Source: an uncultured Alphaproteobacteria bacterium
Lineage (GTDB): Bacteria; Pseudomonadota; Alphaproteobacteria; Micavibrionales; Micavibrionaceae
Assembly (NCBI GenBank): GCA_963922705.1
Contig: CAWUJS010000002.1
Coordinates: 4,606-68,605 of the forward strand
Length of the DNA: 64,000 nucleotides
Direction of reading: 5' to 3'
Position numbers and translations under genes: made by a program. The notes below the pieces were generated by a model. The model made no database searches. It was not told the DNA's origin and saw only the letters and a list, made by a program, of their open reading frames with translations. Shown in pieces: positions 58,526 through 64,000 of this stretch. Numbering within the stretch: position 1 is the first letter of the stretch; every line of letters starts with the position of its first letter.

Positions 58526-59509
58526 ATGATCGAAAGTTTGAGCTCCTCAATCTCTACCATAACCGACTTTACAAAAGATGTGATCTCCGGCCAATACAAT
58601 GAGTTACTTGCAAAAGTTAGCTTGGGTGCATTAGTTACAGGCTATTCTGGTTATAAACTTGCTAAACAAGTTTGGAGTCATGATATGGATGACAAGATTA
58701 TCGTTGGTGTCACAGAATATAAACATATCAAAAATGACGGAACAGAAATTTCAGCAAATGATCCCAATTATAATATCGACGATATCCAGGAAATCAGACA
58801 AAACCTGCGAACAGCCGGTGTCATAAATTTATCAGATGAGCTAAAATCCGGTGCGGATAGGCAATATAAACGCGATATTTTAAGAGCAATGTCCAACGCT
58901 TTTGATAGCGATAAAAACCCTGATGCCTTAAGTGCCGAGCATTTGGATAAGGCCATTCTAGATCCATATAAGATGCGCGCTAAAGTGAAATGGGTTGGCT
59001 TGGAATGGGCCTGGAAAATTGCCCAAAATGGATGGGTCGGCGGTGAAAAAGGGCTTAAGAAAAGAAGACAAGAAATCGTTAAATCCCTTTTCAATACTCT
59101 TGCACCAAAGATGCCGGATTTTATGGCAGTGGAAGGCGATATTTTACTGAAAGATGCTGATCTTTCAAAACCTAAAACTCCCGTAATCTTTAGCCTGGTA
59201 GCAGAAAAAGGCGCTACTAACAGAGGTGGTAAAATATGGTTGAACACGCTTCAGGACGTAGAAGGACAGAATGTTCCACCTGTCGAGCATCATCATAAGG
59301 TCGTCGTAGAATTAAGCGATGGCGTTTACACAAATGATCCAAAGCATGAACATCGTACACGACACACAAATCTCAAGAATGTGATTGATCATGCTTTTAA
59401 CGGTGGTGATGAGGAATCAGAAAGAAGAATGCAGCAACAACAAATTAGCGCAACAATTCCATTTGATCGCAGGAAAGAACAGCCACAAATTATGGCGCAT
59501 GATTTGTAA
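58526..59509 (+). CDS. hypothetical protein (327 aa)
   Basis: AAGGA SD about 9 nt upstream and a candidate TTGACA -35 at 58466-58471. No family, signal peptide or TM segment recognised. Confidence 0.65.
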   Translation: MIESLSSSISTITDFTKDVISGQYNELLAKVSLGALVTGYSGYKLAKQVWSHDMDDKIIVGVTEYKHIKNDGTEISANDPNYNIDDIQEIRQNLRTAGVINLSDELKSGADRQYKRDILRAMSNAFDSDKNPDALSAEHLDKAILDPYKMRAKVKWVGLEWAWKIAQNGWVGGEKGLKKRRQEIVKSLFNTLAPKMPDFMAVEGDILLKDADLSKPKTPVIFSLVAEKGATNRGGKIWLNTLQDVEGQNVPPVEHHHKVVVELSDGVYTNDPKHEHRTRHTNLKNVIDHAFNGGDEESERRMQQQQISATIPFDRRKEQPQIMAHDL

Positions 59510-59523
59510 ATAGAATGACCATA

Positions 59524-59952
59524 TTACACAGCAAGCTCCACCGGCCTTTGCGTGGTGATCTCTTCTTCATCTAAAATACCGGATTGGTTTTGGATGAGGA
59601 AGACTTCAATTTCATCTGTTGTAATATGGTTTTCTTTATCAAATGCTTTTTCTTCAGGGCTGAATTCTATATTAGCAATTTCAATCAGAATGTCCCTAAG
59701 CTTTTCAAATGTCAGTGTATGCCAGCCTTCGTCATATACAGTTTGTGCACTCACCTCAGCAAAATGATTTGCTGTTATGAAATCTATAACCCCATTCTCC
59801 TCCATATCGACAAACACATCACCTACTCTTGCACCGATCAAAAATGATGATTCTGGTACAGCAGCAACCGCCCATTCGGCGCTCAAACGCCGATCTGGAT
59901 CACCATACCATTCTCGTACACATGCAACTTTTTCAAAGAGTTTCTCAATCAT
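59524..59952 (-). CDS. hypothetical acidic protein (142 aa)
   Basis: ORF convergent with the 327-aa gene (14-nt gap). No SD seen and no family recognised. Confidence 0.5.
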   Translation of the reverse strand: MIEKLFEKVACVREWYGDPDRRLSAEWAVAAVPESSFLIGARVGDVFVDMEENGVIDFITANHFAEVSAQTVYDEGWHTLTFEKLRDILIEIANIEFSPEEKAFDKENHITTDEIEVFLIQNQSGILDEEEITTQRPVELAV

Positions 59953-60086
59953 AGTGTGAACATAAACGAAAACTTACACTATGTCAAAAAATATTATGGC
60001 ATAACGATATACCCTCAATGAAAGCCTTTGTCTTTGTCAAAACAAACCTGTATGTATTGGTCAAACAAATTAAGTACGGATAAAGC

Positions 60087-61904
60087 ATGCCACAAAATTT
60101 ACGCAATATCGCCATTATCGCTCACGTTGATCACGGGAAAACGACCCTGATTGATTCTATCATGAAACAAAGCGGGATGTTCCGCGATAATCAGGCCGTT
60201 GACGAGCGTGTCATGGATTCCGGCGATCTGGAAAAAGAACGCGGGATTACAATTTTGGCAAAGCCTACCTCGATTGAGTGGGAAGGGACACGGATTAATA
60301 TTATCGACACGCCGGGACATGCGGATTTCGGCGGCGAAGTTGAGCGTGTTTTGCATATGGCAGATGGTGTGATTTTGCTAACGGATGCCGCCGAAGGCCC
60401 CATGCCGCAAACCAAATTTGTTCTCGGCAAGGCACTCGCGCAGGGGCTAAAACCCATTGTAATTATCAATAAAGTTGATCGCCCTGATGGACGCCCTGAA
60501 GAAGTAATTGACGAAGTTTTTGATCTTTTTGTCTCGCTTGATGCGAATGATGAGCAGCTTGATTTCCCGATCCTTTATGCATCCGGGCGCGATGGGTGGT
60601 GTACGCGTGAACTTGCTGATCCGCGTGAAAATCTCCACCCGCTTCTGGATTTGGTTCTTGACCATGTCGCACCGCCACAAGTTGAGGAAAACAAGCCATT
60701 TGCCATGCTGGCAACTTTGTTGGACTCTGACCCATTCCTTGGGCGCTGCCTGACCGGGCGTGTGCTACAAGGCTCGGCTAAAGTGAATGATACAGTCAAA
60801 GCACTTAATCTGGGGAGTGAACAAGTTGAAAGCGGACGCCTATCAAAGCTTTTGATGTTTAAAGGCACAGAGCGCGTACCCGTTGATGAAGTGCATGCAG
60901 GAGATATTATCTGTATTGCCGGACTAACCAAGGCAAGCGTGTCCGATACGATTTGCGATCCGGCGGTTGAAACGCCTTTAGAATCCACGCCCATTGATCC
61001 GCCAACCATGTCCGTTACAATCAGCGTGAATGACAGCCCCTTTGCAGGTAAAGAGGGCAAGAAAGTCACATCCACAATGATCCGCGAGCGTCTTTTGGCA
61101 GAAGCGGAAACGAATGTCGCGATTACCTATAAGGAAAGCGATAATAAGGACGCCTTTGAAATTGGCGGGCGCGGCGAATTACAGCTTGGTGTTTTGATCG
61201 AAACCATGCGCCGTGAAGGGTTTGAGCTTACTGTGTCCCGTCCGAAAGTCCTTTTTCAAGAGATTGATGGCGTGAAACAAGAGCCAATCGAAGAAGTCAT
61301 TATTGATGTTGATGAAGAATATAGCTCGACTGTAGTCGATTCCATGAATCGCCGCAAAGCAGATATGACAGATATGCGTAGCTCAGGTGCCGGTAAAACA
61401 CGGATTACATTCCTCGCACCATCGCGCGGGCTTATTGGTTATCAATCACGCTTTTTAACCCAAACACGTGGAACGGGCGTGATGAACCGTCTTTTCCATT
61501 CCTATGCGCCATATAAAGGTGATATCGAACAGCGCGTAAAAGGTGTGCTCATTTCCAATGATACGGGCACAGCCGTTGCTTATGCGCTCTTTAATCTGCA
61601 AGATCGCGGAGAGATGTTTATCGGGCACCAAACCCCGGTTTATGAAGGTATGATTATTGGTGAAAATTCCCGTGACAATGATCTGGAAGTCAATGTTTTA
61701 AAAGGCAAAAAATTAACCAATGTGCGTGCTTCAGGTTCCGATGATGCGATTACGCTAACCCCGCCGCGTAAAATGTCACTAGAAGATATGATGGCCTATG
61801 TCAATGAAGATGAATTGCTTGAGGTCACGCCGGAATCTTTACGTTTGCGTAAGTTTCATCTTTGTCCGCATGAGCGTAAAAAAGCATCACGTGCTGCAAG
61901 TTAA
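60087..61904 (+). CDS. typA: translational GTPase TypA/BipA
   Basis: 605 aa with G1 AHVDHGKTT, G3 DTPGHADF and G4 NKVD. BipA-like C-terminal domain. Confidence 0.96.
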   Translation: MPQNLRNIAIIAHVDHGKTTLIDSIMKQSGMFRDNQAVDERVMDSGDLEKERGITILAKPTSIEWEGTRINIIDTPGHADFGGEVERVLHMADGVILLTDAAEGPMPQTKFVLGKALAQGLKPIVIINKVDRPDGRPEEVIDEVFDLFVSLDANDEQLDFPILYASGRDGWCTRELADPRENLHPLLDLVLDHVAPPQVEENKPFAMLATLLDSDPFLGRCLTGRVLQGSAKVNDTVKALNLGSEQVESGRLSKLLMFKGTERVPVDEVHAGDIICIAGLTKASVSDTICDPAVETPLESTPIDPPTMSVTISVNDSPFAGKEGKKVTSTMIRERLLAEAETNVAITYKESDNKDAFEIGGRGELQLGVLIETMRREGFELTVSRPKVLFQEIDGVKQEPIEEVIIDVDEEYSSTVVDSMNRRKADMTDMRSSGAGKTRITFLAPSRGLIGYQSRFLTQTRGTGVMNRLFHSYAPYKGDIEQRVKGVLISNDTGTAVAYALFNLQDRGEMFIGHQTPVYEGMIIGENSRDNDLEVNVLKGKKLTNVRASGSDDAITLTPPRKMSLEDMMAYVNEDELLEVTPESLRLRKFHLCPHERKKASRAAS

Positions 61905-61906
61905 TC

Positions 61907-63214
61907 TTATGAATTTTTAAGCATAATTATCATCGACAAACCAGGGTTGTTATTTTCGACATTGATATGCCCTCCATGAAGGAGAATAACAGCATTAACC
62001 AAGCTTAAACCTAAACCGGTTCCTGCAGAGCTTCTGGCTTTTTCACTACGGAAAAAACGATTAAAGATTTTATCTTTTTCATCTTCAGAAACACCGGAAC
62101 CTGTATCGGTAATGACTATCTTTATTTGCCTGTTATCTTTATGCACATCAATAGAAACACGGCCACCGCTCGGAGTAAATTTAAGTGCATTATCCAGTAA
62201 ATTTGCAAAGGCTTGAAACAGTAAATTACTATCGCCGTGAATTCTTGCTTCCATTAAAGATGCGTTTAAGCTGATCGATTTCTCTTCTGCCAATGGTTCG
62301 TAAAATGCAATAACATCTTCGAGAAGCTTTTGTAAATTGACATCCTTAAACTGACTGCGTTGCCGCTCTGCTTCAATGCGTGAAATACGCAATAATGCAT
62401 TAAAAGTATCAAGCAAATGATCGGCTTCTGCCATAAGCGCATCTTTAGCTTCATCATCTTTAAGCTCTTCTATATGACCACGCATCCGTGTTAAGGGCGT
62501 GCGCAAATCATGGGCGATATTATCAGAAACTTGCCGCACACCGCGCATTAATTCTTCTATACGCTCTAGCAAAACATTTAAAACAGCAGCCATATTTCCT
62601 AAATCATCCCAGCGTGAGCCGACTTCCAAACGTCGGGATAAATCTCCCGTGCTGATGATTTCTCTGGCTGTGTCTGCAATTTTATTGGTTCCGCTAACCA
62701 CAAAAACACTGATAATATAGGCTACAAAAACGACAGCCATGACAAAACAAACACTGGCAATACCAAGCCATTGCATGAATTTAAAATCTTTGGAAATCTG
62801 AGTGATATCACTCCCAATCAAGATTTTTCTATTATCATCCAGCGTATGAATTTTTGCAGCATAACGGCGGTTATTTTTAGAATAACGAAAAACTAGAATG
62901 CCCTCTGTCAATCTGGATAAATCTTTTGAAGAGATGCCTGGAACACTGCCATCAGGATTAAGAAAGAGATAGAGCCTGTTATCGCTTTTCAATGTCGTTG
63001 GACCCACCGCTTCTATATATCGAATTTCGGCGTCTAAAACTGCCTCAGTATTATGAATGAAATGGCCTTTGGCAAAAAAATGAATGAAATATCCAAGGCT
63101 TAAAGCTGCCAATCCACACAAAATTGTAAAAAGCATCGCCATCACAAAGCTGGAGCTTTTGATATAGTGACGGTTTTCGGAGGCTGACTTTTTATTCAAT
63201 GATATATCCTGCAC
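61907..63214 (-). CDS. two-component sensor histidine kinase (TM-HAMP-HisKA-HATPase)
   Basis: H-box SDNIAHDLRTPL, N-box LLDNALKF, and G-boxes DTGSGV and GTGLGLS. It overlaps the upstream OmpR-type regulator gene by 23 nt. Confidence 0.9.
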   Translation of the reverse strand: MQDISLNKKSASENRHYIKSSSFVMAMLFTILCGLAALSLGYFIHFFAKGHFIHNTEAVLDAEIRYIEAVGPTTLKSDNRLYLFLNPDGSVPGISSKDLSRLTEGILVFRYSKNNRRYAAKIHTLDDNRKILIGSDITQISKDFKFMQWLGIASVCFVMAVVFVAYIISVFVVSGTNKIADTAREIISTGDLSRRLEVGSRWDDLGNMAAVLNVLLERIEELMRGVRQVSDNIAHDLRTPLTRMRGHIEELKDDEAKDALMAEADHLLDTFNALLRISRIEAERQRSQFKDVNLQKLLEDVIAFYEPLAEEKSISLNASLMEARIHGDSNLLFQAFANLLDNALKFTPSGGRVSIDVHKDNRQIKIVITDTGSGVSEDEKDKIFNRFFRSEKARSSAGTGLGLSLVNAVILLHGGHINVENNNPGLSMIIMLKNS

Positions 63215-63866
63215 CGCGCACAGTCCTTATGATTTTAGTATCAAAGTCTTTATCAATTTTACTGCGCAAGCGGCTAATATGTACATCAATGACATTGGTT
63301 TGCGGGTCAAAATGATAATCCCAGACATGTTCAAGCAGCATGGTACGCGTTACAACTTGTCCTTTATGCCGCAACATATATTCCAGCAATTGAAACTCAC
63401 GTGATTGGAGATCAATTTCCTGATGCCCGCGCATGACTTTACGTGAGAGCAAATTTAGCTCTAAATCACCAGCCGTAAGCATAGTTTCTTCATGATTACC
63501 TGCATTATCCTGCCTACGGCTTAAAATTTCAATGCGGGCGAGCAACTCCGCGAAGGCAAACGGCTTGACCAAATAATCATCGCCACCAGATCTGAGGCCT
63601 TTTACGCGGTCATCAACTTCACCAAGGGCGCTTAAGATAAGAGCCGGGGTGCTATTACCGGAACCGCGAATGGTTTTGATAATTGTCAGGCCATCTAGCT
63701 CAGGCAGCATACGATCAACAATCATGGCATCATAATCTTCCGTTGTTGCAAGGAACAATCCATCTTTGCCATTATCAGCAGTATCAACCGTATGTCCTGC
63801 CTCCTTCATGCCTTTGGCAATATAAGAGGAAACATTGTTGTCATCTTCAATAATTAATATGCGCAT
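63192..63866 (-). CDS. OmpR/PhoB-family response regulator
   Basis: REC (MRILIIEDD, MIVDRMLPELDG, VKPF) plus a winged helix (...IRTVRGAGYII). The ORF opens at 63890, but MRILIIEDD at 63866 is the typical start. Confidence 0.9.
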   Translation of the reverse strand: MRILIIEDDNNVSSYIAKGMKEAGHTVDTADNGKDGLFLATTEDYDAMIVDRMLPELDGLTIIKTIRGSGNSTPALILSALGEVDDRVKGLRSGGDDYLVKPFAFAELLARIEILSRRQDNAGNHEETMLTAGDLELNLLSRKVMRGHQEIDLQSREFQLLEYMLRHKGQVVTRTMLLEHVWDYHFDPQTNVIDVHISRLRSKIDKDFDTKIIRTVRGAGYIIE

Positions 63867-63871
63867 ATTGT

Positions 63872-64000
63872 TTAACCTTGTATTCCCCAAGCAGCATAAC
63901 CACCAGCCATACTTTGTAACTTCGTATAGCCTTGCTCTTTCATGATTTGTAAGGCTTGCTGGCTACGGATACCTTTCTGACAGTAAAGAATAATCTCACG
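63872..64000 (-). CDS. rhodanese-domain protein, C-terminal 42 codons (gene runs off the window end)
   Basis: The reverse complement of 63872-64000 reads REIILYCQKGIRSQQALQIMKEQGYTKLQSMAGGYAAWGIQG-stop. The active-site loop C-Q-K-G-I-R-S and the GG..AW ending are typical of single-domain sulfurtransferases. Confidence 0.75.
   Translation of the reverse strand, partial: REIILYCQKGIRSQQALQIMKEQGYTKLQSMAGGYAAWGIQG

Noticed and set aside
58768-59247. 159-aa minus-strand ORF antisense to the 327-aa ORFan.
   Set aside because: This case is less clear-cut because the sense ORF is itself an ORFan. Still, the sense ORF is twice as long, has an SD and a promoter-like element, and has a balanced composition. 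The antisense product is Ser/Leu/Phe/Arg-rich. It was kept as a caveat only.
60575-61075. 166-aa minus-strand ORF antisense to typA.
   Set aside because: Shadow ORF inside a highly conserved GTPase gene, with a Ser/Thr/Arg-rich product and no start signals.

Overview
This is a 64-kb, moderately AT-rich, densely coding chromosomal window. Gene content and order indicate an alphaproteobacterium: rplJL-rpoBC; rnr-topA-dprA-plsY-pyrB; divK-pleD; a DUF1849/EipB-like gene; lptCAB-kdsD-rnd; purA-hisZ-glmM-ftsH-tilS; typA. I can support about 60 protein-coding genes, one TPP riboswitch, several intrinsic terminators and a few small repeat families. I found no rRNA, tRNA, CRISPR array, transposase or integrase. 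The non-housekeeping content falls into five patches. (1) A Dot/Icm-type (type IVB secretion) dotD-dotC-dotB module, preceded by a lytic transglycosylase and a proline-rich ORFan. (2) A 4.4-kb ORFan islet sitting where rplK-rplA would be expected upstream of rplJ. It holds an XRE-family regulator, a GNAT-like protein ending in an (NG)8 hexamer-repeat tail, and two highly charged coiled-coil proteins. (3) A patch at 37.5-43.2 kb with a PopA-like pseudo-receiver/degenerate-GGDEF protein, a promoter-plus-terminator mini-transcript, a Gly/Ala-rich 80-aa peptide, a Tat-signal protein, an acidic ORFan and a membrane-anchored SNase-fold protein with degenerate catalytic residues. (4) An XRE-headed ORFan pair at 58.0-60.0 kb with perfect palindromic operators. 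(5) A tautomerase-superfamily ORF placed between a TPP riboswitch and thiC. Nothing here matches a known defence system. My best unifying reading (inference) is a host-associated alphaproteobacterium carrying a T4BSS, with scattered candidate effector and regulator islets. All calls come from reading the translated ORFs and the nucleotide sequence by eye; no database search or folding program was run.
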